Part shown: in pieces, positions 17,724-26,487 of the stretch | How the letters are laid out: each line of letters starts with the position of its first letter | Numbering within the stretch: the stretch's first letter is position 1 | Virus record (IMG/VR): IMGVR_UViG_2778261246_000006 | Length of the DNA stretch: 34,300 nt | Strand: one strand, 5' to 3' | Source: a virus | Taxonomy: Duplodnaviria; Heunggongvirae; Uroviricota; Caudoviricetes | Translations under genes and position numbers: made by a program | The notes under the pieces: model-generated | Database searches by the model: none | Told to the model about the DNA's origin: nothing | The model's input: only the letters and a program-made list of their open reading frames with translations

Positions 17724-18162
17724 ACTGCAGAAAGTTGACGACTGGCTGAGTGCCTTGCTGGCGAATCTGGAGCCAGCCGCAAGAAGCCGCATGATGCGCC
17801 AGCTGGCGCAGGAACTACGCCGGACACAGCAGCAAAATATCAGAATGCAGCGCAATCCAGATGGCAGCAATTATGAACCGCGACGGGTAACAGCACGCAG
17901 TAAAAAAGGCCGTATCAAACGTCAGATGTTTGCAAAGCTGCGCACCACAAAATACCTGAAAACTGCCGCCAGCGCCGACTCTGCCAGCGTGCAGTTTGAA
18001 GGCAAGGTACAGCGCATTGCCCGTGTTCATCACTACGGCTTACGTGATCGCGTCAGCCGCAAAGGACCGGAGGTCCGTTACGCAGAGCGTCGCCTTCTGG
18101 GTGTAAATGATGATGTTGGGGCAATGACCCGCGACATGATTCTGCAATGGCTGGCGGGGTGA
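17716..18162 (+). CDS. S: Tail completion protein S (P2 gpS)
   Basis: 148 aa; GTG start overlapping the R stop. Confidence 0.8.
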   Translation: MAELQKVDDWLSALLANLEPAARSRMMRQLAQELRRTQQQNIRMQRNPDGSNYEPRRVTARSKKGRIKRQMFAKLRTTKYLKTAASADSASVQFEGKVQRIARVHHYGLRDRVSRKGPEVRYAERRLLGVNDDVGAMTRDMILQWLAG

Positions 18163-18166
18163 TTTT

Positions 18167-18184
18167 TGTATCAGCACTGATACA
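18167..18184. promoter_or_regulatory. Ogr/B-dependent late promoter element (TGT-N12-ACA; palindromic TGTATCAGCACTGATACA) upstream of V
   Basis: Matches the P2 PV promoter position and dyad. Confidence 0.55.
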
Positions 18185-18230
18185 AGTTGCAGCACTGCCG
18201 CCTTTCTTCCCCTGATGGCAACCTTTCCCT

Positions 18231-18809
18231 ATGAACGCACAATTAACCGAAATCATGCGCCTTATCACCAACCTGATCCGCACTGGGGTAGTCACCGAAG
18301 TGGACAGGACAAACTGGCTTTGCCGGGTGAAAACGGGCGACCTTGAAACCAACTGGATCAGCTGGCTGACGCTGCGTGCCGGGAATGCCCGGACATGGTG
18401 GCGACCATCGGAAGGTGAGCAGGTGGTGCTGCTGAGTATGGGCGGTAATCTGGAAACAGCTTTTGCGCTGCCCGCCATCTATTCGAATCAGTTCGCACCA
18501 CCGTCGACGTCGGCGGACGCCTGCGTGACAGAACATCCTGATGGTGGCTGGTTTGAATATGAACCCGCCACCGGGCGCTGGTATGTCAGGGGCATCAAAT
18601 CTATGGTCATTGAGGCCGTCGACAACATCACCCTGAAAACCAGTGAGTTTGTGCTGGAGGCTGACCGCACGCGTATTAACAGCGAAGTAGTGATCAATGG
18701 TGGCGTTACCCAGGGCGGCGGTGCAATGAGTTCTAACGGGATCGTGGTTGATGCGCATCAGCATACTGGCGTTCTGAAAGGCGGTGACACCACCGGAGGC
18801 CCGGTATGA
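18231..18809 (+). CDS. V: Baseplate spike/assembly protein V
   Basis: 192 aa; order V-W-J-I-H. Confidence 0.85.
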   Translation: MNAQLTEIMRLITNLIRTGVVTEVDRTNWLCRVKTGDLETNWISWLTLRAGNARTWWRPSEGEQVVLLSMGGNLETAFALPAIYSNQFAPPSTSADACVTEHPDGGWFEYEPATGRWYVRGIKSMVIEAVDNITLKTSEFVLEADRTRINSEVVINGGVTQGGGAMSSNGIVVDAHQHTGVLKGGDTTGGPV

Positions 18810-19165
18810 CGCTTTATAGCGGGATGAACAATACCAGCGGTAAGGCCATTACTGATATTGACCATCTGCGCCAGTCGGTGCGGGACATTTTGCTGACGCC
18901 GCAGGGTAGCCGCATTGCCCGTCGTGAATATGGTTCCCTGCTGTCGGCACTGATAGACCAGCCACAAAATCCGGCATTACGCCTGCAGGTCATGTCGGCA
19001 GTATATGTGGCGCTGAGTCGCTGGGAGCCACGGCTGACGCTGGATTCCATCACCATCAACAGCAACTTTGACGGTTCTATGGTGGTGGAGCTGACCGGGC
19101 GGCGGAATAACGGTGTGCCTGTGTCCCTTTCCGTATCAACAGGAGCAGAGAATGGCAGTGATTGA
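18806..19165 (+). CDS. W: Baseplate protein W (gp25-like)
   Basis: 119 aa; overlapping start with V stop. Confidence 0.85.
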   Translation: MTLYSGMNNTSGKAITDIDHLRQSVRDILLTPQGSRIARREYGSLLSALIDQPQNPALRLQVMSAVYVALSRWEPRLTLDSITINSNFDGSMVVELTGRRNNGVPVSLSVSTGAENGSD

Positions 19166-20060
19166 CCTTTCGCAGTTGCCTGCACCGCAGATTGTGGATG
19201 TGCCGGACTTTGAGACGCTGCTTGCCGAACGCAAGGCCGAATTTGTGGCGCTTCATCCGAAAGATGAGCAGGAAGCAGTGATCCGCACGCTGGAACTGGA
19301 ATCTGAACCCGTCACCAAATTGCTGCAGGAGAACGCTTACCGTGAGTTGCTTCTGCGCCAGCGCATTAACGAAGCCGCACAGGCGGTGATGGTGGCTTAC
19401 GCGATGGGCGGCGATCTTGACCAGCTCGCTGCCAACTACAACGTGACACGCCTGACGGTGACGCCTGCTGATAATGATGCTGTGCCGCCCGTTGCAGCTG
19501 TGATGGAAAGCGATGAAGCGTTACGCCTGCGTGTGCCTGCAGCCTTTGAAGGGCTTTCTGTTGCGGGGCCAACTGCAGCTTATGAATTTCATGCCCGAAG
19601 CGCCGACGGTCGGGTGGCGGATGCCAGTGCAACCAGCCCGGCACCTGCAGAGGTGGTGCTGACTGTCCTTAGCCGCGAAGGCGATGGAACTGCAGAAAAA
19701 GACCTGCTGGACGTGGTGGAAAAAGCTCTGAACAGTGAGAACGTCCGCCCGGTGGCTGACCGTCTTACGGTTCGCAGCGCAGAAATCATACCGTACCGCG
19801 TGGAAGCCACCATTTTTCTCTATCCGGGGCCGGAAGCAGAGCCGGTAATGGCAGCGGCAAAAGCCAGCCTGCAGAAGTACATCGCCAGTCAGACGCGGCT
19901 TGGTCGGGATATTCGCCGTAGCGCCATCTTTGCCGCCCTGCATGTTGAGGGTGTGCAGCGTGTGGAGCTGGCTTCGCCGCTGGCGGATGTGGTTTTGAAC
20001 AAAACGCAGGCGGCATCATGTACGGAGTGGAGCGTGACCAACGGGGGAACGGATGAATAG
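19152..20060 (+). CDS. J: Baseplate assembly protein J
   Basis: GGAGCAGAGA then ATG 19152 (MAVIDLSQLP...); 302 aa. Confidence 0.85.
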   Translation: MAVIDLSQLPAPQIVDVPDFETLLAERKAEFVALHPKDEQEAVIRTLELESEPVTKLLQENAYRELLLRQRINEAAQAVMVAYAMGGDLDQLAANYNVTRLTVTPADNDAVPPVAAVMESDEALRLRVPAAFEGLSVAGPTAAYEFHARSADGRVADASATSPAPAEVVLTVLSREGDGTAEKDLLDVVEKALNSENVRPVADRLTVRSAEIIPYRVEATIFLYPGPEAEPVMAAAKASLQKYIASQTRLGRDIRRSAIFAALHVEGVQRVELASPLADVVLNKTQAASCTEWSVTNGGTDE

Positions 20061-20658
20061 TCTGCTGCCATCGGGGTCAACTTCACTGGAGCACCGACTG
20101 GCGCAGACCTGTAGCGGGATTTCTGATCTGCAGGTGCCGCTGCGTGACTTGTGGAATCCGGCTACCTGCCCGGTCAGCTTCCTGCCTTATCTCGCCTGGG
20201 CGTTCTCTGTGGATCGCTGGGACGAAGGCTGGACAGAAAGCGTCAAGCGTCAGGTGGTGAAGGATGCTTTTTATATTCATCAGCATAAAGGGACCACCAG
20301 TGCCGTGCGGCGGGTGGTGGAGCCGTTCGGCTTTCTGATCCGCATTATTGAGTGGTGGCAGACCGGAGAGGCACCGGGCACGTTTCGTCTGGATATCGGC
20401 GTGCAGGACCAGGGCATCACTGAAGATACCTATCTGGAACTTGAGCGACTGATAAGCGATGCCAAACCATGTAGCCGTCACATGATCGGCATGTCCATCA
20501 ATCTGCAGACCAGCGGTCCGCATTGGGTGGGGGCCGCCAGCTATCTTGGCGAAGAAATCACGATCTATCCGTATATCAACGAAACAATTATTTCCGGCGG
20601 CACCGCGCATGAAGGTGGGGCGGTCCATGTTATTGACACAATGAGAGTGAATCCATGA
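20053..20658 (+). CDS. I: Baseplate/tail protein I
   Basis: 201 aa; overlapping start/stop with J and H. Confidence 0.85.
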   Translation: MNSLLPSGSTSLEHRLAQTCSGISDLQVPLRDLWNPATCPVSFLPYLAWAFSVDRWDEGWTESVKRQVVKDAFYIHQHKGTTSAVRRVVEPFGFLIRIIEWWQTGEAPGTFRLDIGVQDQGITEDTYLELERLISDAKPCSRHMIGMSINLQTSGPHWVGAASYLGEEITIYPYINETIISGGTAHEGGAVHVIDTMRVNP

Positions 20659-22052
20659 GCACAAAATTTTATACCCTGCTGACGGATATTGGCGCGGCGA
20701 AACTTGCCAGCGCCGCCGCGCTCGGTGTGCCTTTAAAAATTACCCATATGGCGGTCGGCGATGGCGGCGGAACATTGCCAACGCCGGACGCAAAGCAGAC
20801 AGCATTGGTAAATGAGAAACGCCGGGCTGCGCTGAATATGCTTTATATCGACCCGCAGAACAGCAGCCAGATTATTGCTGAACAGGTGATCCCTGAAAAC
20901 GAGGGCGGTTGGTGGATACGTGAAGTGGGCCTGTTTGATGAGTCCGGGGCATTGATTGCCGTGGGAAACTGCCCGGAAAGCTATAAGCCGCAACTGGCTG
21001 AAGGCAGCGGGCGTACCCAGACCGTGCGCATGGTGCTGATTACCAGCAGCACGGACAATATCACCCTGAAAATCGACCCTGCTGTAGTGCTGGCAACCCG
21101 TAAATACGTGGATGATAAAGTCCTGGAATTAAAGCTGTATGTGGATGACCAGATGAGAAACCACATTGCCGCACAAGATCCTCATACCCAGTATGCGCAG
21201 AAACATAATCCGACATTTACCGGAGAACCAAAAGCGCCGACGCCTGCAGCAGGAAATAACACCACTCGGATTGCGACCACAGAGTTTGTTCAGGCCGCTA
21301 TTACTGCTCTGATTAACGGTGCGCCAGCCACGCTGGACACACTGAAAGAAATTGCCGCAGCCATTAACAATGACCCGAAATTCAGTACCACTATTAATAA
21401 TGCGCTGGCACTGAAAGCGCCGCTGTCGAGTCCGGCACTCACCGGAACGCCAACAGCACCTACTGCGGCACAGTCGGTCAACAATACACAGATTGCCACC
21501 ACGGCATTTGTGAAATCGGCGATTGCGGCAATGGTGGGTTCTGCACCTGCGGCACTGGATACACTGAACGAACTGGCGGCGGCACTGGGGAATGATCCGA
21601 ACTTTGCCACGACAATGCTTAATGCGCTGGCAGGTAAACAACCGCTGGACAATACGCTGACTCATTTGAGTGGAAAGGATGTAGCAGGTCTTCTCGCATA
21701 CCTTGGTTTGGGGGAATTGGCTCTGGCTGGCGCAACAACCGGCGCTATGTTGGTGAATGGGTATGTAGCAATTCCATTAATTATTTCTGGCGTTCGGAGA
21801 CCACTTATTATCCAGTGGGGAGTGGGGCAGTTTGGGGGAAGTCTGGGGGATGATGCGGGATATTTAAACAATTTCCCTTTCGCTTTTCCGTCGGCGTGCT
21901 ACGTGATGGTTGCCAGCCACGTGGGGCATACACCTTCGGGTGCCGGAATACTATCTGCTTCCGCAATCACAAAAAGCGGCTTTCGTGGTTTTTCCAGCGT
22001 AGTGACTGCCGCAAATCCTGTATCGGGCTGTTATGTTGCTATAGGAGGGTGA
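20655..22052 (+). CDS. H: Tail fibre protein H (constant N-terminal part plus the currently expressed variable C-terminus)
   Basis: 465 aa; internal tail-fibre repeats; the C-terminal ~115 aa lie inside the invertible segment. Confidence 0.85.
   Translation: MSTKFYTLLTDIGAAKLASAAALGVPLKITHMAVGDGGGTLPTPDAKQTALVNEKRRAALNMLYIDPQNSSQIIAEQVIPENEGGWWIREVGLFDESGALIAVGNCPESYKPQLAEGSGRTQTVRMVLITSSTDNITLKIDPAVVLATRKYVDDKVLELKLYVDDQMRNHIAAQDPHTQYAQKHNPTFTGEPKAPTPAAGNNTTRIATTEFVQAAITALINGAPATLDTLKEIAAAINNDPKFSTTINNALALKAPLSSPALTGTPTAPTAAQSVNNTQIATTAFVKSAIAAMVGSAPAALDTLNELAAALGNDPNFATTMLNALAGKQPLDNTLTHLSGKDVAGLLAYLGLGELALAGATTGAMLVNGYVAIPLIISGVRRPLIIQWGVGQFGGSLGDDAGYLNNFPFAFPSACYVMVASHVGHTPSGAGILSASAITKSGFRGFSSVVTAANPVSGCYVAIGG
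21210..21650 (+). repeat. Two tandem ~72-aa tail-fibre repeats within H (approx. 21210-21425 and 21431-21650)
   Basis: Repeat 1 PTFTGEPKAPTPAAGNNTTRIATTEFVQAAITALINGAPATLDTLKEIAAAINNDPKFSTTINNALALKAPL vs repeat 2 PALTGTPTAPTAAQSVNNTQIATTAFVKSAIAAMVGSAPAALDTLNELAAALGNDPNFATTMLNALAGKQPL. Confidence 0.8.
21691..21716. repeat. Left inversion crossover site (pix/cix/gix-like) inside H
   Basis: TTCTCGCATACCTTGGTTTGGGGGAA; the reverse complement of 23509-23532 is TTCTTAAACGTTGGTTTGGGAGAA, sharing TTGGTTTGGG(G/A)GAA. Confidence 0.65.
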
Positions 22053-22053
22053 T

Positions 22054-22488
22054 GTGTTTTTTAGTCCATCTTTAAATATTTTTGTGAATCCTGCGCTTAA
22101 GGATGACTACATCAATGTAAATTCATGGCCAGATGATGCTGTTGAAGTTGATGAGCAGGTGTATATTGAGTTTTCCGGATTACCGCCGAAAGGAAAAATC
22201 CGTATCGCTGGGGAAAATGGTTTTCCTGCATGGTCTGAAATTCCACCACCAACGCATGAGGAACAGATTGCCGCAGCCGAATTGAAAAAACAGCAATTGA
22301 TTAATCAGTCCAACGAATATATGAATACCAAGCAATGGCCTGGTAAAGCGGCTATTGGTCGTCTGAAAGGTGAGGAACTGGCGCAATATAATTTGTGGCT
22401 GGATTATCTGGACGCACTGGAACTGGTTGATACCTCCAGTGCTCCAGATATTGAATGGCCTACGCCTCCGGCAGCTCAGGCCAGATGA
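22054..22488 (+). CDS. G: Tail fibre assembly chaperone (P2 gpG / Mu U-like), currently in the expressed orientation
   Basis: 144 aa; conserved C-terminal ...DTSSAPDIEWPTPP; GTG start right after the H stop. Confidence 0.75.
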   Translation: MFFSPSLNIFVNPALKDDYINVNSWPDDAVEVDEQVYIEFSGLPPKGKIRIAGENGFPAWSEIPPPTHEEQIAAAELKKQQLINQSNEYMNTKQWPGKAAIGRLKGEELAQYNLWLDYLDALELVDTSSAPDIEWPTPPAAQAR

Positions 22489-23053
22489 CATCAGGCGCGG
22501 TGCTGGTATCTGTTGCCGTCACCGCGTCAATGTAATCCAGCACAATGTTAAGTCGGGTGGTTTCTGCCTGCATTAGCTTCCGTCCGGCCCGTAATTTCAG
22601 CTGAATCAGACTGATGGAAGCCATTGCAGCATCAATCAGTGACTGGCGCTGTGCTTCTGCCGCTTCTACTGCGGCACCGTGTTGTGCCTCAGTATCTGTC
22701 ACCCATTTCTCACCATCCCATTTATCATATGGCGTTAACGGTGAAAGCGTGACATAACCGTTTTTGATGGCACCGATATAATCCACTGTAACAGCTGCGC
22801 CATTTTCGATTGAGTAAACAGTCTCATTGCGATGGTCTTCTTCATGGCTCCATCCCTTACCCGTAAATACTGCCACTTTTCCCGGAATGTTTTCGCCAGG
22901 GTCAATACCAGTGGAACAGGCGGGCATACTTACGCCAGTATTAATATATTCATCAGACCAGCCCGTATATTCATACGTTACTGCATCATAATAAAAACAA
23001 CGCATATCACCCGGCACTGTAGCCAGTCCATTTTCATCAAAAACAGGTTTCAT
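22460..23053 (-). CDS. Alternative tail fibre assembly chaperone (U'-like) in the silent orientation
   Basis: 197 aa; C-terminal ...DTSTAPDVIWPELPEA parallels gpG; convergent with G, 3' ends overlapping by 29 nt. Confidence 0.75.
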   Translation of the reverse strand: MKPVFDENGLATVPGDMRCFYYDAVTYEYTGWSDEYINTGVSMPACSTGIDPGENIPGKVAVFTGKGWSHEEDHRNETVYSIENGAAVTVDYIGAIKNGYVTLSPLTPYDKWDGEKWVTDTEAQHGAAVEAAEAQRQSLIDAAMASISLIQLKLRAGRKLMQAETTRLNIVLDYIDAVTATDTSTAPDVIWPELPEA

Positions 23054-23562
23054 TATTTAGCCCTTACTAAAAAGTTGAATGCGATGTTACGGGGACGCGT
23101 TTCAGTACCGCCTGGGTTTTGAAAAGCGGGCAAAGCACTTCCAGCCGGCTGACTAACGCCGCTGGTATATAATGGAGAAGCATTCGAAACGGTGCCAAAC
23201 ACTACATTACTGCCACTTCCATTTAGCCCTAAAATTTTATGCTCGTGCGTTTTGAAATCGTCTGATTGCGCGGAAAGTAACGCACGGCCACTATCAACAC
23301 CACGGCCATCATCCCAGATACGAATGAAATCACCGCGGGCTTCAGGTAATACCAGCGAAGGAAACACTTTTGCCAGCACAGGATAATCAGTGGCAGAGAA
23401 TTTCGCGCCGTTGAACTTCAAAAACACCATACTGGACCAGCTGTCGATTACAGTATTTGGCATTGCAGCGGACGGCCAGAAGAACGGAACGCCAATAGCT
23501 GGAGCACCTTCTCCCAAACCAACGTTTAAGAAAATGCAGAGGTAACAGCTAACTGGCATCAT
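23053..23562 (-). CDS. Alternative tail-fibre variable C-terminal segment (Sv'-like), promoterless; would fuse to the H constant region after inversion
   Basis: Minus-strand frame reads ...LGLGEGAPAIGVPFFWPSAAMPNTV..., sharing the LGLGE junction with H at the crossover site; the functional coding part starts at the crossover (~23520), not at the ORF-track ATG. Confidence 0.6.
   Translation of the reverse strand: MMPVSCYLCIFLNVGLGEGAPAIGVPFFWPSAAMPNTVIDSWSSMVFLKFNGAKFSATDYPVLAKVFPSLVLPEARGDFIRIWDDGRGVDSGRALLSAQSDDFKTHEHKILGLNGSGSNVVFGTVSNASPLYTSGVSQPAGSALPAFQNPGGTETRPRNIAFNFLVRAK
23509..23532. repeat. Right inversion crossover site (inverted relative to 21691-21716)
   Basis: TTCTCCCAAACCAACGTTTAAGAA; inverted repeat of the site inside H. 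Confidence 0.65.
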
Positions 23563-23589
23563 CTCCGGTTTTTATTCAGGGGGATGATC

Positions 23590-24156
23590 ATGCTTATTGG
23601 CTATGTACGCGTGTCAACAAATGACCAGAACACCGATTTGCAACGTAATGCACTGAACTGCGCGGGATGTGAGCGGATTTTTGAGGACAAAATCAGTGGC
23701 ACTAAGTCCGACAGACCGGGGCTGAAAAAACTACTCAGGACACTATCGGCAGGAGACACGCTGGTTGTCTGGAAGCTGGACAGGTTGGGGCGCAGTATGC
23801 GGCATCTTGTTACGCTGATAGAAGAGTTGCGCCAGCGTGGTGTGAATTTCAGAAGCCTGACTGACAGTATTGATACCAGTACCCCAATGGGCCGTTTCTT
23901 TTTTCATGTCATGGGTGCCCTGGCTGAAATGGAACGCGAACTGATAGTTGAACGTACCAGGGCAGGGCTGGCTGCAGCTCGTGCCAAAGGCAGAGTAGGT
24001 GGACGCCGTCCTAAGTTGACCACCGAACAGTGGGCACAGATTGGGCGTTTACTCGAGGCCGGAGAATCAAGACAGCGTATTGCACTGATTTTTGATGTAG
24101 GCGTTTCTACCATTTATAGAAAATTTCCGGCAAATAAGATCAATGAATCCCCCTGA
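23590..24156 (+). CDS. pin: Serine DNA invertase (Pin/Cin/Gin/Hin family)
   Basis: MLIGYVRVSTNDQNTDLQRNALNCAG... catalytic Ser in YVRVST; C-terminal HTH; near-identical in character to e14 Pin as recalled. Confidence 0.95.
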   Translation: MLIGYVRVSTNDQNTDLQRNALNCAGCERIFEDKISGTKSDRPGLKKLLRTLSAGDTLVVWKLDRLGRSMRHLVTLIEELRQRGVNFRSLTDSIDTSTPMGRFFFHVMGALAEMERELIVERTRAGLAAARAKGRVGGRRPKLTTEQWAQIGRLLEAGESRQRIALIFDVGVSTIYRKFPANKINESP

Positions 24157-24204
24157 ATCAGCATTATGTTGATTATCCCTGCAAGCAGACAAATACCGTT
24201 ATTT

Positions 24205-24222
24205 TGTGTGAATAACGACACA
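24205..24222. promoter_or_regulatory. Ogr/B-dependent late promoter element (TGT-N12-ACA) upstream of FI
   Basis: TGTGTGAATAACGACACA about 75-95 bp upstream of the FI ATG; matches the P2 PF promoter position. Confidence 0.5.
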
Positions 24223-24298
24223 ACTGCGCTTAGCTGTTTGTCAGGCACAATCACTTCAACATAGGGCGAAGCCTAATCCAATCAGGAGGTTCGCCACT

Positions 24299-25471
24299 AT
24301 GGCTCAGGATTACCACCACGGGGTGCGCGTTGTTGAAGTCAACGAAGGCACCCGATCTATTACCACGGTGAGCACCGCCATCGTGGGTATGGTCTGCACG
24401 GGCGATGATGCCGATGCAAAAATGTTTCCTCTTAATAAACCCGTGCTGATCACTGATGTGCTGACTGCCAGCGGTAAAGCGGGTGAGTCCGGTACTCTGG
24501 CCCGTTCGCTGGATGCCATCGCTGACCAGGCAAAACCCGTGACCATTGTTGTGCGTGTGCCGCAGGGTGAAACGGAAGACGAAACCACGACCAATATCAT
24601 CGGCGCAGTGACTGCTGAAGGTAAAAAAACAGGTATGAAAGCCCTGTTATCTGCCCAGTCACAGCTCGGCGTTAAACCGCGCATTCTCGGCGTGCCAGGC
24701 CACGACACCAAGGCGGTAGCTACTGAGTTGCTGAGCGTGGCGCAAAGCCTGCGTGGATTTGCTTACCTGTCAGCGTATGGCTGCAAGACAGTGCAGGAGG
24801 CGATCACTTACCGCGAAAACTTCAGCCAGCGCGAAGGGATGCTGATCTGGCCTGACTTTACTGGCTGGGACACGGTGCTGAATGCCGAAGCAACGGCATA
24901 TGCCACCGCCCGTGCGCTTGGTCTGCGCGCCAAAATTGACGAGCAGACCGGATGGCACAAAAGCCTGTCCAACGTGGGCGTGAACGGTGTCACCGGAATT
25001 TCTGCAGATGTGTTCTGGGATCTGCAGGACCCGGCAACCGATGCAGGTCTGCTGAACCAGAACGACGTCACCACGCTTGTGCGTAAAGACGGTTTCCGCT
25101 TCTGGGGTTCCCGCTGCCTGAGTGATGACCCGCTCTTTGCCTTCGAAAACTACACCCGCACGGCGCAGGTGCTGATGGACACGATGGCAGAAGCACACAT
25201 GTGGGCGGTGGATAAACCGCTTAACCCGTCGCTGGCCCGCGACATTATCGAAGGTATCCGCGCCAAAATGCGCAGCCTGGTCAGTCAGGGCTATCTCATT
25301 GGTGGTGATTGCTGGCTGGATGAGTCGGTGAACGACAAAGACACGCTGAAAGCCGGAAAACTCACCATCGACTACGACTACACGCCAGTGCCGCCACTTG
25401 AAAACCTGATGCTGCGTCAGCGCATCACCGATCAGTACCTGGTGAATTTCGCCAGCCAGGTCAGCGCGTAA
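24299..25471 (+). CDS. FI: Contractile tail sheath protein FI
   Basis: 390 aa; AGGAGG RBS; order FI-FII-E-T-U-D. Confidence 0.9.
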   Translation: MAQDYHHGVRVVEVNEGTRSITTVSTAIVGMVCTGDDADAKMFPLNKPVLITDVLTASGKAGESGTLARSLDAIADQAKPVTIVVRVPQGETEDETTTNIIGAVTAEGKKTGMKALLSAQSQLGVKPRILGVPGHDTKAVATELLSVAQSLRGFAYLSAYGCKTVQEAITYRENFSQREGMLIWPDFTGWDTVLNAEATAYATARALGLRAKIDEQTGWHKSLSNVGVNGVTGISADVFWDLQDPATDAGLLNQNDVTTLVRKDGFRFWGSRCLSDDPLFAFENYTRTAQVLMDTMAEAHMWAVDKPLNPSLARDIIEGIRAKMRSLVSQGYLIGGDCWLDESVNDKDTLKAGKLTIDYDYTPVPPLENLMLRQRITDQYLVNFASQVSA

Positions 25472-25480
25472 GGGGACAAC

Positions 25481-25996
25481 ATGGCTTTACCACGCAAATT
25501 AAAACACCTGAACCTGTTTAACGACGGGAACAACTGGCAGGGGATCGTTGAGTCGCTGACGCTGCCGAAATTTACCCGCAAATATGAGAAGTATCGCGGC
25601 GGCGGAATGCCGGGTGCGGTGGATGTGGATCTGGGGCTTGATGACAGTGCGCTGGACACAGAATTTTCCATTGGTGGTACTGAATTGCTGCTGTTTAAAC
25701 AGATGGGTAAAGCCACGGTGGATGGCATCCAGCTGCGCTTTACCGGCTCTATTCAGCGTGACGATACCGGGGAAGTGCAGGCCGTGGAGCTTGTCGTGCG
25801 TGGACGTCACAAAGAAGTGGATTCCGGCGAGTGGAAGACGGGCGAAAGCAACACCACCAAAGTGACCAGTACCAACAGCTACGCGAAGCTGACCATCAAT
25901 GGTGAGGTGCTCTATGAAGTGGACCTTATCAACATGGTGGAAATTGTGGACGGTGTGGACCTGATGGAAGCGCACCGCAACGCCCTCGGCCTCTGA
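25481..25996 (+). CDS. FII: Tail tube protein FII
   Basis: 171 aa; immediately after sheath. Confidence 0.9.
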   Translation: MALPRKLKHLNLFNDGNNWQGIVESLTLPKFTRKYEKYRGGGMPGAVDVDLGLDDSALDTEFSIGGTELLLFKQMGKATVDGIQLRFTGSIQRDDTGEVQAVELVVRGRHKEVDSGEWKTGESNTTKVTSTNSYAKLTINGEVLYEVDLINMVEIVDGVDLMEAHRNALGL

Positions 25997-26050
25997 TATA
26001 TCTGAACGGCGCGGGATACCGCGCCAGAACCCAATTGACAGGACAGCAAA

Positions 26051-26353
26051 ATGAGCGATAAGCAGACTGAAAAGACCATTCAACTGGATACCCCCATCAA
26101 GCGCGGTAAAACAGAAATCACCGAAATTGTGCTGCGTAAACCGCAGTCCGGTGCGCTGCGCGGTACACGCCTGCAGGCCATTATGGATATGGATGTAAAC
26201 GCGATGATGATCGTGATCCCCCGCATCTCCAGTCCGGCACTGACTGCACAGGAAATTGCAGAGATGGACCCGGCAGATCTCACTGCCATGTCGGTTGAGG
26301 TTGTCACTTTTTTGTTGAAGAAGTCGGTGCTTGCCGGTTTACCGACAGCCTGA
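26051..26353 (+). CDS. E: Tail assembly chaperone E
   Basis: 100 aa; contains slippery TTTTTTG at 26308-26314. Confidence 0.8.
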   Translation: MSDKQTEKTIQLDTPIKRGKTEITEIVLRKPQSGALRGTRLQAIMDMDVNAMMIVIPRISSPALTAQEIAEMDPADLTAMSVEVVTFLLKKSVLAGLPTA

Positions 26354-26487
26354 CGGTTGACGATCTGGTGGCAGATATCGCCACCATTTTTCACTGGCCG
26401 CCATCCGTTACTGACGTTATGCCGCTGACCGAAGTGCTGGAATGGCGGTATAAAGCGATTCAGAGAAGCGGGGCCAACGATGAGTGA
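26051..26487 (+). CDS. Tail assembly chaperone E+E' (programmed -1 frameshift product)
   Basis: After a -1 slip at T TTT TTG the -1 frame stays open from 26311 to the TGA at 26485-26487, overlapping the T start. Confidence 0.6.

Noticed and set aside
21129-21665. 178-aa Cys/Arg-rich minus-strand ORF within tail fibre gene H
   Set aside because: Antisense to the H repeat region; composition is an artefact of the repeat sequence.
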